This document shows, in pieces, positions 1-9,451 of a stretch of 64,000 nucleotides of DNA. The translations under genes were made by a program, and so were the position numbers. Position 1 is the stretch's first letter. The number at the start of each line of letters is the position of its first letter. The stretch is from contig JBPOIH010000011.1 of the NCBI GenBank assembly GCA_052034685.1, positions 17,910 to 81,909 on the forward strand, in the 5' to 3' direction. The stretch is from Patescibacteria group bacterium (GTDB lineage Bacteria > Patescibacteriota > Saccharimonadia > Saccharimonadales > CAYUUR01). A model generated the notes under the pieces. That model was not told the origin of the DNA. It did no database searches and saw only the letters and a list, made by a program, of their open reading frames with translations.

Positions 1-877
1 TAGCAAGGAGTTCTTCAGTCGTAAATACTTCTTGTTCACTGCCGTCATTCCAGCCGAGTGTCGCCAAGAAACTCCGCATCGCTTCTGGCAGAAAGCCTTC
101 GCGGATGTAATCAAGTACGTCTTTGGCGCCGTCGCGTTTGCTCAGTTTTTTATTGCCGTCGGGTCCCATTACGAATGGCACTGTCGCCAGTATTGGTCGT
201 TCCAAACCAAGCGCCTCATAGAGGTTTAGGTAATTTGGAACGCTCGCAATAAACTCTTGGCTGCGTATGATGTGGGTAATTTTCATTTCTGCGTCGTCGA
301 CAATATGTGAAAAGTTATAAGTTGGGTAACCGTCAGACTTTATCAGGATAAAATCATCGACAACCTCTGGCCCGGTGCTGATGTCACCCATGACTTCGTC
401 ATGCCAGGTGTAGGCCTTCGGGTCAGACTTGAAGCGCAGTGGTGTGGTGCCATCCCAGGTTGGCGGGTTTTCTGGCCTGTGGTTGCGATACAGAAAGGGC
501 TTTTTATCCTTCTGTGCTTGTTCGCGGAAAGCCTGGACTTCTGTCGCAGTGTACGGGTCCGCGTAGGCGCGGCCGGCGGCAACGAGCTGCTTGGCCCACT
601 TTTCGTAACTTTCGAGTCGTTCACTTTGTCGGTATGGCCCGAACTCGCCGGGCTGATCGGGACCTTCGTCATAATGCAAGCCAAGCGCCTTGAGGCTGTC
701 CATAAGGTGCTTATCGGCGCCAGCGACTTCTCTTTTCTGGTCGGTGTCTTCGAGTCTCAGGATAAATTTGCCATCATGTTGCCGTGCGAGTAACCACGCA
801 AAAAGCGCGGTTCTGATCCCGCCGACATGGAGTAAGCCGGTCGGGCTTGGAGCAAAGCGCGTTCTAACCTGTTTCAT
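1..877 (-). CDS. gltX: glutamyl-tRNA synthetase, N-terminal ~292 codons; ORF runs off the left edge, so it is absent from the supplied ORF track
   Basis: Hand translation of the minus strand from ATG 877 gives MKQVRTRFAPSPTGLLHVGGIRTALFAWLLAR (class I HIGH-type motif). Mid-gene reads PDQPGEFGPYRQSERLESYE and the edge reads TLGWNDGSEQEVFTTEELLA. No stop was met in the segments translated. Confidence 0.85.
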   Translation of the reverse strand, partial: MKQVRTRFAPSPTGLLHVGGIRTALFAWLLARQHDGKFILRLEDTDQKREVAGADKHLMDSLKALGLHYDEGPDQPGEFGPYRQSERLESYEKWAKQLVAAGRAYADPYTATEVQAFREQAQKDKKPFLYRNHRPENPPTWDGTTPLRFKSDPKAYTWHDEVMGDISTGPEVVDDFILIKSDGYPTYNFSHIVDDAEMKITHIIRSQEFIASVPNYLNLYEALGLERPILATVPFVMGPDGNKKLSKRDGAKDVLDYIREGFLPEAMRSFLATLGWNDGSEQEVFTTEELLA

Positions 878-922
878 CAGAGGTATTTTAGCTGATTCTC
901 GCCAAACTGTAAAAAGATGTTT

Positions 923-2068
923 CTACAGGCTGCTGGCAACACGCAGAAGCTGGTCGCTGTTGAGGTTGGATTTGCCGTCTATCTGGTACCATACGCCGCC
1001 GCTTACCCATGTGGCGCTAGAGTCGTTATACATATAAATAGTACGTCCAGCTTCTTGAAAGGTTTGGTACGGCTGGTTTAAGGTGGCTACAAAGTTATTT
1101 AGTAGTGATTCGCTGTTCCACTCAGAAGGGCGTTGTGAGATCTGGAAGTTGCGTCCGTCGGTATTTGAAGCAAAGTTAATGGTAACTACCCCAGGGGCTG
1201 CCTGGACTGGTCCGCTCATGGCAAAACCAGAGGGTTGATACTCTGGCAGTCGAGCACTAAAGCCTGCTTTGTTAGCAGCCATGCGGACGGCGATGTTTGG
1301 GATATTCTGATAGGCAAAAAAACCAACCAGTAGCAGTATTGACAAACTGGCAGCAGCAGTACTTACAAAACGGCCACTTACGCCAAGTTTTCGCGCGACT
1401 TTGTGTTTTGTTTTTGTCTTAGCTAGTTTGTGCTTGGTGTGGCTGGTTGATTTTTCCATGGCCGCAGCAATACTGGACTGCGTGCTGTTGGTTCGGTTGG
1501 TCGTCGCGGCTTGTTTACTGATAGTCATTGGCGGTGCCGGTTTGTGTGCCGGTGTGATGTGCGCGGGCATAGGTGTAACTGGCAGGTGCTTGGTGGTCTT
1601 GGTGACTGGCTTTGGCCCAAACCCAAACCGGCTAATTAATGGGCTCTGTGCGATCTTGTGTGCCTGCTGGGCACGTTTTTCTTGGATTTGAGCAGGAGTA
1701 GTTACTGCATGGTCGAGTGGGGTCGATACGCCAGAGAAGGTTTTGGTGTGTGTGGCGCTGGATGGTTTCTTTACGGCGCTACGCATAAGAGTCTTTGCGG
1801 CTTGCGGTTTACGGATGGCGTGACTTGGTTTTTGTACAGTTGCTTCTGTCTTGGCTTTCGGTGTGGGCGTAGGGTGAACTGACACGGCAGAGCTACGAAC
1901 GAACCCATCCATGTTTGTGCCTGCTGAGCGTTGTGGGGTTGCTTTTTTGCCGGTTGCAGCCTGATGAACGGTGACTTTAGGCTGTGGCGCTGTCTCTGAC
2001 AGCATCTTGCCACTGACTGCGTCGTATTTTTTGCCGTTCAGTTCAATTACCGATTTGGTATGTGCCAC
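923..2068 (-). CDS. hypothetical membrane-anchored protein
   Basis: 381-aa ORF with a Pro/Ala/Thr/Lys-rich N-terminal half, one hydrophobic helix (AAASLSILLLVGFFAY) and a globular C-terminal domain. No family recognised with confidence. Confidence 0.6.
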   Translation of the reverse strand: MAHTKSVIELNGKKYDAVSGKMLSETAPQPKVTVHQAATGKKATPQRSAGTNMDGFVRSSAVSVHPTPTPKAKTEATVQKPSHAIRKPQAAKTLMRSAVKKPSSATHTKTFSGVSTPLDHAVTTPAQIQEKRAQQAHKIAQSPLISRFGFGPKPVTKTTKHLPVTPMPAHITPAHKPAPPMTISKQAATTNRTNSTQSSIAAAMEKSTSHTKHKLAKTKTKHKVARKLGVSGRFVSTAAASLSILLLVGFFAYQNIPNIAVRMAANKAGFSARLPEYQPSGFAMSGPVQAAPGVVTINFASNTDGRNFQISQRPSEWNSESLLNNFVATLNQPYQTFQEAGRTIYMYNDSSATWVSGGVWYQIDGKSNLNSDQLLRVASSL

Positions 2069-2200
2069 TTTTTTGATTACCCTCTTTTGAATATGCTTGC
2101 GCTTGTATCTGAATAGTATGTATCTTAGCGCTCCTTGTCGTTGTCTGCAAGTAGAAACCTCCGTGACGCCTGCGCTCAGACGTGCTATAAATTGTATTGC

Positions 2201-3664
2201 ATGGATTTTCTAGACCCATCCAAAAAAAGAAAAAACGGCATCAAGTTATTTGTTGGCTATTTACTGGTTGGAATTGCAATCGGTCTGGCCGCGCTAATCT
2301 TAATTTTCTTGTCCTATGGCTATTCACTCGACCGCAAAACAGGTAGTGTTATCCAAAACGGCATTGTCTTTGTGGCCTCTAAACCTGCTGATGCAGAGAT
2401 ATTTATAAATGGCGAAAAGTACAAGGATAATACCGATGCACGCTTAGTTTTGCCGAGTGCGCAGTACAAACTAGAGATACGTAAGAATGGGTACCGAACT
2501 TGGCAGCGTGATTTTTATTTGAGCGGTGGAGAGATTCAGCGCTTTATCTATCCGTTCCTATTCCCGACTACGCTAAGCACGAGCGATGTTGATACATTTA
2601 CTGCGGCCCCGAGTATGGCATCGCAAAGCCCAGACCGTCGTTGGTTGATTGTCCAGTCCACGGCGCGTGATACAAGCTTTTCTCTTTATGACCTGAACCA
2701 AGATGCGCCGGTTGCTCAGTCGCTTGGTTTGCCTAAAAACCTCGCAACTGCAGGTACGACAGACGTGAAGGTCGTTGAATGGGCAAATGACAACAAGCAC
2801 ATCTTGCTTAAGCTGACTCATAAAAAAGGTGTAGAGTATATAATTCTCGATCGTGAGACACCTGCAAAATCACTTAATATCGCATCGACCACTAAGAAAG
2901 TGGCAGATACAGTTACTCTACGCGACAAAAAGTTTGATGCTTGGTACATGCACGTGGCTGGCAAACGTCAACTGTTTGTTGCCAGCGTTGACACGCCAAC
3001 ACCAAAGCTCCTCATAAAAGACGTTGTTGACTATAAGTCGTACGGCACAGACATCATTATGTACGCTACTGAGACAAAAGCATCTAAGGGCAAGGCGCGC
3101 ATTGTGATATGGGACGATGGGCGTGCCGATGTGCTGCGTGAGGTTGCCAAAAGTAAGAAGTATTTGCTTGATGTAACGCGCTTTGATAATCAATGGTATT
3201 TTGTCGCTGGCGCAGCCTCAGACGGTAAGATATATGTATACCGAGACCCCTTTGAAGCTATACGTGCCAAAACTCCCGCCCAGCTTGTACCCGCAACAAT
3301 CATGCGCCTAGATAACCCAACAAACGTGAGTTTTTCACAGAATACACGTTTTGTTGCAGCGCAAGCTGGCGGTACATTTGCGGTGTATGACGCAGAAGCG
3401 GAGCTTGCCTATCGATACGACACTTCGCTTGGTTTTGTAGACGGCCAGAAAGCAGTATGGATGGACGGGCATCGTTTAAGTGCAGTTGTCGATGGTAAAG
3501 TAGTCGTGTTCGATTACGACGGTATAAATATGCAGACTTTGACTGATGCCTCTACGTCCACGCTGCCATATTTCACGAACAATTACGAAACCCTATATAC
3601 AGTTGCGCCTAAGGCAAAGTCAACAGAAGCAAACCTCAAGCGCTCTAGTCTGCTCGTTAACTAG
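2201..3664 (+). CDS. PEGA-domain membrane protein
   Basis: ORF 2135-3664 trimmed to ATG 2201 (MDFLDPSKKRKNG). A TM helix (LFVGYLLVGIAIGLAALILIFL) is followed by a PEGA-like segment VFVASKPADAEIFINGEKY...YKLEIRKNGYRTWQRDF. Confidence 0.7.
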   Translation: MDFLDPSKKRKNGIKLFVGYLLVGIAIGLAALILIFLSYGYSLDRKTGSVIQNGIVFVASKPADAEIFINGEKYKDNTDARLVLPSAQYKLEIRKNGYRTWQRDFYLSGGEIQRFIYPFLFPTTLSTSDVDTFTAAPSMASQSPDRRWLIVQSTARDTSFSLYDLNQDAPVAQSLGLPKNLATAGTTDVKVVEWANDNKHILLKLTHKKGVEYIILDRETPAKSLNIASTTKKVADTVTLRDKKFDAWYMHVAGKRQLFVASVDTPTPKLLIKDVVDYKSYGTDIIMYATETKASKGKARIVIWDDGRADVLREVAKSKKYLLDVTRFDNQWYFVAGAASDGKIYVYRDPFEAIRAKTPAQLVPATIMRLDNPTNVSFSQNTRFVAAQAGGTFAVYDAEAELAYRYDTSLGFVDGQKAVWMDGHRLSAVVDGKVVVFDYDGINMQTLTDASTSTLPYFTNNYETLYTVAPKAKSTEANLKRSSLLVN

Positions 3665-3667
3665 CGC

Positions 3668-4870
3668 TTATTGCTCGTCTCCGCCACGTAGCCATGCCGT
3701 CATGCGGTTCCATAGGCTTGGTGCATTGCCTGGTACAATTTCAGCCGTTTCATCGCTTGCTTTAGCTGTACTTGCCTTGTTGCTTGTTGGACTTGGGCTA
3801 ATCTGCTCTGCTACAACGATAAGCCGGTTAATTGATGTGCCTGGCGGGTCACACGTAATGAGTGTTATTGTTGCTGGTTTGCTGGTTTTACCAAGCACAC
3901 TGACATCGCTCGGCTTAACGATCTTTTTCTCGTAGACTTTATATACGTATCTTTTGCTGTCTTTCGTTAGAATGATGGTATCGCCGGGTTGCAGGCGGTT
4001 TAGGAGTACAAATGCGAATTTATACTTGCCCTGGTTGAGGATGTTGTTGCTGGAGTGCCCTACGATGACGGCGTTCCCCTTCTCTCCTGGGTTAGAGGTT
4101 GTGGCGTAGTGGACAACACCGCGCTCCAACGAATTCTGGATCGCGGACTCCTTGATGCTAGGTTCATCGTAAACGACCGGTATCTCGACGTTGATTTTAG
4201 GAATGATAACTTTTGGTTCTGGGCCGACCGCCGTACTGCTTGGGTCAATGATAATTGGCGTATTGCTAACGGCTTTACTTGGGGTGATAAATGGCGCAAT
4301 GAAGCGTTCATTGAAGAAACCAAAGAGCATAACGAGTAGTACGGTTGCACCAATGCCAAGCCCAAAGAAAACTGACTGCATATGTTGCTTGCGGCTAAGC
4401 TTTTTGTTGCTCACCGCATTGCGTGCGATGCGTCTTTTTAGGTCGCCAACGCTGGTTGGCTTGGAGGACGAATCATGTTTTTTGTCAGCTGATGTTTTGT
4501 GACGTGGTGCGTGGTCTGGTTCAGCCGGCTGGGGCGTAGTAGTTGCTGGCTGTTTCGTGCGATCGTTTGTGTCGTAGAATTCTTGCCAGACTTGGTGTTT
4601 TTCTGTATCAGGCAGACTTTGGTAATACTCATGCCATGCTGTCTGGATCTCTGGCTGTGATTTACCAGAAGCGATAAGCTCGTGCATGTATCGTTGGTGT
4701 TTGCTGCGGTGGTCGGATGATTCTGCTAGTACGGCTTCTTTTTTGGCGCTAGGTTCTTCGCCGTATAAGGCGCTGATTTTTTGCCGGATAACTTGGGCAG
4801 CCAAGTCACCGTCGTGATTAGGTGCACGGTTAGTTGTTGGCTGTGTTGATGATGTGTCGTCTGGGTTCAT
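3668..4870 (-). CDS. sortase-family transpeptidase
   Basis: The C-terminal domain carries NAVIVGHSSN and TITLITCDPPGTS (TLxTC catalytic Cys motif). The N-terminus is a low-complexity region plus a TM helix (VFFGLGIGATVLLVMLFGFF). Confidence 0.85.
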   Translation of the reverse strand: MNPDDTSSTQPTTNRAPNHDGDLAAQVIRQKISALYGEEPSAKKEAVLAESSDHRSKHQRYMHELIASGKSQPEIQTAWHEYYQSLPDTEKHQVWQEFYDTNDRTKQPATTTPQPAEPDHAPRHKTSADKKHDSSSKPTSVGDLKRRIARNAVSNKKLSRKQHMQSVFFGLGIGATVLLVMLFGFFNERFIAPFITPSKAVSNTPIIIDPSSTAVGPEPKVIIPKINVEIPVVYDEPSIKESAIQNSLERGVVHYATTSNPGEKGNAVIVGHSSNNILNQGKYKFAFVLLNRLQPGDTIILTKDSKRYVYKVYEKKIVKPSDVSVLGKTSKPATITLITCDPPGTSINRLIVVAEQISPSPTSNKASTAKASDETAEIVPGNAPSLWNRMTAWLRGGDEQ

Positions 4871-4996
4871 AAAAATGCCGCGTCTCTTTGCGCGATACTC
4901 TAATTATAGTACAATAGCCCCTGATATTAACAGAGATGTTTTGCTTGTGCTTGATTATCTCTTTGTGTGTATCTGTACTTTTCTAGGTTCCCTATC

Positions 4997-5328
4997 GCGG
5001 GCGAGTGGTGGGTTTGTGCGAAGCACAACAAGAAAACAATTGTATACGCGCCGCGTAACTCGTCCGCAAAGACGCTAAACTAACCTTCACAATTCAGTTC
5101 ATAATCAAGGGCGAGTGGCGGGTCTGTGTGAAACACAGCCCAAGAAAAATTGTATACGCGCCGCGTAACTCGTCCGCAAAGACGCTAAACTAACCTTCAC
5201 AACTAGACTACATAACCGCGGGCGAGTGGCGGGTTTGTGTGCAACACAACAAGAAAGTAATTGTATACGCGCCGCGTAACTCGTCCGCAAAGACACTAAA
5301 CTATGCTTAACAACTAGACTATATTACC
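4997..5328 (+). repeat. three tandem ~111-bp units (4997-5106, 5107-5217, 5218-5328) directly upstream of tRNA-Leu, each beginning with a copy of the tRNA-Leu 5' end
   Basis: Each unit starts (G/A)(C/A)GGGCGAGTGG(C/T)GG, as the tRNA does. It then has a ~30-nt insert where the D-loop would be, followed by GTATACGCGC and CGCGTAACTCGTCCGC. The periods of 110/111/111 bp were hand-counted. Confidence 0.85.
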
Positions 5329-5330
5329 GC

Positions 5331-5415
5331 GGGCGAGTGGCGGAACTGGTATACGCGCACGACTCAAAATCGTGTTCCTTACGGATTGAGGGTTCGATTC
5401 CCTCCTCGCCCACCA
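5331..5415 (+). tRNA. tRNA-Leu (anticodon CAA)
   Basis: Acceptor GGGCGAG/CTCGCCC, D arm GCGGAACTGGTATACGC, and anticodon stem-loop CACGA-CTCAAAA-TCGTG. There is a long variable arm, T arm GAGGG-TTCGATT-CCCTC, discriminator A and an encoded CCA. Confidence 0.9.
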
Positions 5416-5578
5416 ATCTAAATGCCGGCCTGTGTGCCGGCTTTTAGATTGGTGAATGAAGCGAATCGAACCCGTACGGCGCAGCCGGGGTTCGTTCATG
5501 AGGAGCTCACGCAGGAGCTTGCTCTGAGTAAGCGACGAAATGCGAGGGCAAAGCCCGAGGTCCCTCCTCGCCCACCAA
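5416..5578 (+). repeat. tRNA-downstream element, Leu copy, ending in an 18-nt copy of the tRNA-Leu 3' end
   Basis: TCCCTCCTCGCCCACCAA occurs at 5399-5416 (tRNA 3' end) and again at 5561-5578. The interior GGTTCGTTCA...CGCAGGAGCTTGCTCTGAG resembles the Ser and Asn copies. Confidence 0.6.
5424..5445 (+). terminator. rho-independent terminator after tRNA-Leu
   Basis: GCCGGC-ctgtgt-GCCGGC followed by TTTT. Confidence 0.7.
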
Positions 5579-5582
5579 GAGG

Positions 5583-6593
5583 CTAGCCAAGAATTTCTAG
5601 GAGTTGATCGGTTCTGCGGTTGAGTCGTTCAGTGACCGCACTGTCACCAACGCTGCTTTCTCCTGCGAGCATTGCTTCGTGTTCGAATACGCACTCTTCA
5701 ATAACTTTCAGTGGACTTATCCACGCAGTACCTCTGTCGTACTGCAAGGCGAGGTCTCTAGTAGCGATGACTGTAGTGATATCTTCAGCGTATATGTCTT
5801 CTGTTCGGACGGCTTTGACCTGTATCTTATAGGCCGGATAGAACTGATAAGAAGCGTCATCTTGTGTCAGGCCTAGTATGTCATATGCTGTTCGTGGCTC
5901 TCCGTATTTGCTAAATTTCACATCTTCACTAAACACCGCCGGTCGCACAAACCAACTTCCGTCACCAACTGCTTGTAGACTGAACCTTTCAAGCACCAAT
6001 GATACGGCTTGCTCGGCAGCGAGTCCCCAAAAATCACTTGTTCGCTCTGCGTCTTCATTGTCTTTGTAGTACTGCTGAGAATTAGCGATCAATTGTGACA
6101 CATTAAGGTTACGATGGTGTGCAGCTCGCAATAGTTCGGGATCCATCCTTGTTTGGGTAGGAGTTAACTGTTCGAAGATATCCATATGGGCAAGCAATAC
6201 TGCTGCTCTTGCAGTTGAATCACACGAGAATATTTCGCCTTCTGAAACGAGGGCCTGTTGCATATTGTGTCGCGCCTGTCCAAGGAATGCACTGCGGGAT
6301 CCGTCGTCTGTTTGCATGGCTATATCAAGATACATTGCACCACTGCGCGCCAGAGCTTCACTCGTTCCTTGCCCCTCGAGTTCATAGACAACCTGGAGCC
6401 TTTCGCTATTATCGGCCGCATCAGCATATCTTTTGGCAAGCTCTTTTGGGGTGGCTGTATGTGCAGGCGCCTTTTCTCCGGCCGCTCCATGATACGTCTG
6501 GTAGTGACGCTTTCGAAGCCTATCTCTCTGTTTCTGCGTTTTCGTGTAGCCGTTAGAATTGTGCTTTGACATCCACCTATTATAAAACAACAA
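5583..6593 (-). CDS. hypothetical protein
   Basis: 336-aa ORF abutting the upstream gene stop; an alternative start is M8 at 6572. No family recognised. Confidence 0.6.
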   Translation of the reverse strand: MLFYNRWMSKHNSNGYTKTQKQRDRLRKRHYQTYHGAAGEKAPAHTATPKELAKRYADAADNSERLQVVYELEGQGTSEALARSGAMYLDIAMQTDDGSRSAFLGQARHNMQQALVSEGEIFSCDSTARAAVLLAHMDIFEQLTPTQTRMDPELLRAAHHRNLNVSQLIANSQQYYKDNEDAERTSDFWGLAAEQAVSLVLERFSLQAVGDGSWFVRPAVFSEDVKFSKYGEPRTAYDILGLTQDDASYQFYPAYKIQVKAVRTEDIYAEDITTVIATRDLALQYDRGTAWISPLKVIEECVFEHEAMLAGESSVGDSAVTERLNRRTDQLLEILG

Positions 6594-7379
6594 CTAGATA
6601 TTTGTCAAAGATGTGGTCAGCGCTTCAAAGAGTTTGGCGGGATGCTGGATCTGCCACACGCTCGCGTTTGCGGCGGTCTTGAGTCGCCAGATCTCGTCGC
6701 TATGTGGAGTGGTGCTCACCTGTCCATTTACGGCTACAAAAAGCTGGTCAACATGTTGCACGATTATGTTTGCCGATTTGCTGGCGGTAAATTCGTGAAG
6801 CCAGGCTGCTAACTGCACAAGACCCATCTGGTACTGGATAGGCTCAGGGTACTTGGCTTTCTGAGCCAGCTGCTGCAGTTGGCTGAGTGACGCTACTATA
6901 GTCGTGTCTGGTCTGTCAAACAGTGTATCTGGGTGCGAATAGAAGTAGTCGATAGCGTCGCGCGTTACAATCATTGGATGAGTAGTTTTTTGCAGGAAAC
7001 TTTCTAATAGAACAGCTGTTTCGCTGTTGCGCCCGAGCTCGCCAGTAATCAGGATCCCGTCTGCCCATTGTGCATGTTCAAGCAGCTCGGCTAGGGCGCG
7101 CTTGGCAAGGCTGCCGCTTGGTGTGCTCGGCAAGAAGTAGGCGTTTTCTAGGAAGGTGCCAACGGTTTTCTGTAGGCAGTCAGGCAGGGCGACACGGATA
7201 CTTCCAATACCGGCTTTGGTTGCCATCTGATATGCCTCGGCAGGTGCTGCAAAACCATGTGCGTTGCCGCCAACAATCAGCAATTTACCTGCTGCATGCT
7301 TCGTCTCCGGCTTGCTCCAGATTAGGTCAGGAAACAGCGGCTTGTCGGTTGATTGTTTATGCCAGTAGGTATTTTCCAT
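6594..7379 (-). CDS. YjeF C-terminal-like / NAD(P)H-hydrate dehydratase-family carbohydrate kinase fold protein
   Basis: Contains GKLLIVGGNAHGFAAPAEAYQMATKAGIGSIRVALPD and ILITGELGRNSETA, typical of the family. The start was moved to ATG 7379, which is preceded by GGAGG. Confidence 0.55.
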   Translation of the reverse strand: MENTYWHKQSTDKPLFPDLIWSKPETKHAAGKLLIVGGNAHGFAAPAEAYQMATKAGIGSIRVALPDCLQKTVGTFLENAYFLPSTPSGSLAKRALAELLEHAQWADGILITGELGRNSETAVLLESFLQKTTHPMIVTRDAIDYFYSHPDTLFDRPDTTIVASLSQLQQLAQKAKYPEPIQYQMGLVQLAAWLHEFTASKSANIIVQHVDQLFVAVNGQVSTTPHSDEIWRLKTAANASVWQIQHPAKLFEALTTSLTNI

Positions 7380-8067
7380 CTTGCGCCTCCAGTTCATATA
7401 TGACGTTTTTACGTTCCACGACTATCTTCCAGCCCTGCTCTTTTGCTAAGCTGTAGAGTTTCTGGTCAGGGTTAAAAGCAATGGGGTTTTCAACCATCTC
7501 TAGCATTGGTGCATCACTCTGACTGTCGCCAACTGCATAGCTGCCATCAAAGCTGAGTCTATTGTCGGTGATTATCTGCTGCAATCGGGCTTTTTTGTCA
7601 GTGCTGGCAATGGCCGCTTCACCCGTAAACTTACCTTCATGACGTTCATATGTGGAGCCTTGCCAGACGTCGAAGCCATATTCTTTGGCAATTTGCTCGA
7701 CCAGTTCTTGATGTGAACCAGAAATAGCAATCAGCACATAGTCTTGTCGCTTAAGTTCGGTAATGAGGTCTCGTGTGTAGGTGTATACCTGTGCTTTGTA
7801 TTCCTGAATAATCTCCCCGACGGCGGTATCAAACTGTTCCGTACTCAGCAGTGGCAAAGCTTGGCTGTAAACGCCAATAAGTGCCCGCTCGTAGTCGTGA
7901 AAGGCGTCAGGGTGTTCGCGGCGCTTCCAGTGCATTCGTGCCTGGTCAAGCTGCCCTTTAGCATCCTCGCCAAGCAAGCCCTTCTTGGCCAGCCGATCAA
8001 CCACTGCGTGGTACAACTGCCACCGGATCAACGTCCCATCAATATCAAACACCGCAAACCTCTGCAT
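7357..8067 (-). CDS. HAD-superfamily subfamily IB hydrolase (SerB-like)
   Basis: HAD motifs FDIDGTLI, ISGSHQE, K...VGDSQSDAPML. Confidence 0.75.
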   Translation of the reverse strand: MQRFAVFDIDGTLIRWQLYHAVVDRLAKKGLLGEDAKGQLDQARMHWKRREHPDAFHDYERALIGVYSQALPLLSTEQFDTAVGEIIQEYKAQVYTYTRDLITELKRQDYVLIAISGSHQELVEQIAKEYGFDVWQGSTYERHEGKFTGEAAIASTDKKARLQQIITDNRLSFDGSYAVGDSQSDAPMLEMVENPIAFNPDQKLYSLAKEQGWKIVVERKNVIYELEAQDGKYLLA

Positions 8068-8082
8068 ATAGCTAGTATACGC

Positions 8083-8580
8083 CTATTGCTTGATCGGTAG
8101 GTAGTGGTCAAGCAAGTTTTGCTCGGCTGGATTCATTTCAAGGAAGCGTTTATCATTGTCGAACTGTATCGCAAATTCCTGAATCTCTGGCACATCTGGT
8201 GATAGCGCAGCGGGCACCCATAGACGATCAGCAGGCCACATTTGGTCATAAGGTAGGTTATTTGTTGCAAACCACGCGGGCTTCATCTCATCTTTTTCAA
8301 CTGCGACACCGCTAAAGTCGTCTGTCACGTAGGCCATGCTGACGACACCAAGTTCCCCGCCAAAAGAAAACAGGAGACGTCCAACGAGCCGAAGACTATT
8401 TACTTCTATACCTGATTCCTCGCGTGTTTCACGAATCGCTGCCTCCTGAAATGCTTCGTCTTTGTCGAGCTTTCCGCCAAAACCGTTCCACCAGCCCTCT
8501 CCGAAGCCGCGCTTCTTCATGCCGAGCAATACTTGGTCGTCCCGTAATGGAAAAACAATGGTTGTTCGAAGCGGTTCCAT
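8083..8580 (-). CDS. NUDIX hydrolase
   Basis: Nudix box GGKLDKDEAFQEAAIRETREESGI. The start overlaps the xth stop by 1 nt. Confidence 0.85.
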   Translation of the reverse strand: MEPLRTTIVFPLRDDQVLLGMKKRGFGEGWWNGFGGKLDKDEAFQEAAIRETREESGIEVNSLRLVGRLLFSFGGELGVVSMAYVTDDFSGVAVEKDEMKPAWFATNNLPYDQMWPADRLWVPAALSPDVPEIQEFAIQFDNDKRFLEMNPAEQNLLDHYLPIKQ

Positions 8581-9377
8581 TAGGAGATCTCGATGCTAAC
8601 TGGGCAATGATCAGAGCCCATGACGTCGGCATGGATTTTGGCATCAGTTATTTTATCAGCAATTGATTTGCTGGCCAGCCAGTAGTCAATGCGCCAGCCT
8701 ACATTACGAGCCCGCGCATTGGCCCAGTGGGTCCACCAGCTGTAGGCTCCTGTCTTGTCTGGGTAGAATTTGCGGAAAGTGTCTACAAAACCTGCTTTCA
8801 AAAAGTTACTAAAGCCTTCTCGTTCTTCGTCGGTAAAGCCATGCTTACCAACATTTGGTTTAGGATTGGCTAGGTCGATTTCTTGGTGCGCTACATTGAG
8901 GTCACCACAAAACAGCACGGGCTTGGTTTCTTCAAGCCGCTTCATGTAGGCCAGAAACGCCGGGTCCCAGTGTTTATGCCGGAGTTCCACACGTGATAAG
9001 TCACCTTTGCTGTTTGGCGTATACACTGTTGCGACAATAAAGTCCTCAAACTCGGCTGCCATCACTCTGCCCTCTTGGTTTGGGTCGCCATATGTATCGC
9101 CAGTTAGTTTGAACTGTTTGATGATGTCTTCTGGAAAGCCATTGGTGATACTGAGTGGTTTGACCTTAGAATAAATCGCCGTGCCACTGTAGCCTTTTTT
9201 GACGGCAGAGTACCAGTATTCTCGGTAGTCTGGCAGATCAACTTCGGCCTGACCAGGCTGGGCCTTAGTCTCTTGTAAGCAGAGAATGTCTGGGTCGTGT
9301 TCTTTGATAAACTGCTGAAAAGCGCCTTTGTTGAGCACGGCGCGGATGCCATTCACATTCCAACTATACAACTTCAT
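8580..9377 (-). CDS. xth: exodeoxyribonuclease III
   Basis: Reads MKLYSWNVNGIRA...ILCLQETK...GDLNVAH...IDYWL...SDHCPV. The ORF-track start at 9464 was trimmed to M30 (9377). Confidence 0.9.
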   Translation of the reverse strand: MKLYSWNVNGIRAVLNKGAFQQFIKEHDPDILCLQETKAQPGQAEVDLPDYREYWYSAVKKGYSGTAIYSKVKPLSITNGFPEDIIKQFKLTGDTYGDPNQEGRVMAAEFEDFIVATVYTPNSKGDLSRVELRHKHWDPAFLAYMKRLEETKPVLFCGDLNVAHQEIDLANPKPNVGKHGFTDEEREGFSNFLKAGFVDTFRKFYPDKTGAYSWWTHWANARARNVGWRIDYWLASKSIADKITDAKIHADVMGSDHCPVSIEIS

Positions 9378-9451
9378 ATCTGCAGTATACCAGAATGCCA
9401 TCCTGTGGTGATTGACTGTCGGGGCGGTTCTGATACACTTGTCTCTTAGAA

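Noticed and set aside
401-1037. Plus- and minus-strand ORFs from the track (401-793, 439-693, 690-1037, 343-684)
   Set aside because: They lie antisense to, or out of frame with, the clear gltX reading frame (1-877, minus strand), which translates into canonical GltX motifs.
4997-5328. Could the tandem repeats be a CRISPR array?
   Set aside because: The units are ~111 bp and are repeated as whole units with no unique spacers. They carry tRNA-derived sequence, and no cas genes occur in the window.
5105-5499. Track ORFs 5105-5296 and 5314-5499 (minus strand)
   Set aside because: They are translations of the tandem tRNA-Leu-derived repeats and of the tRNA-Leu gene itself. The repeated peptide text reflects DNA repetition, not coding.
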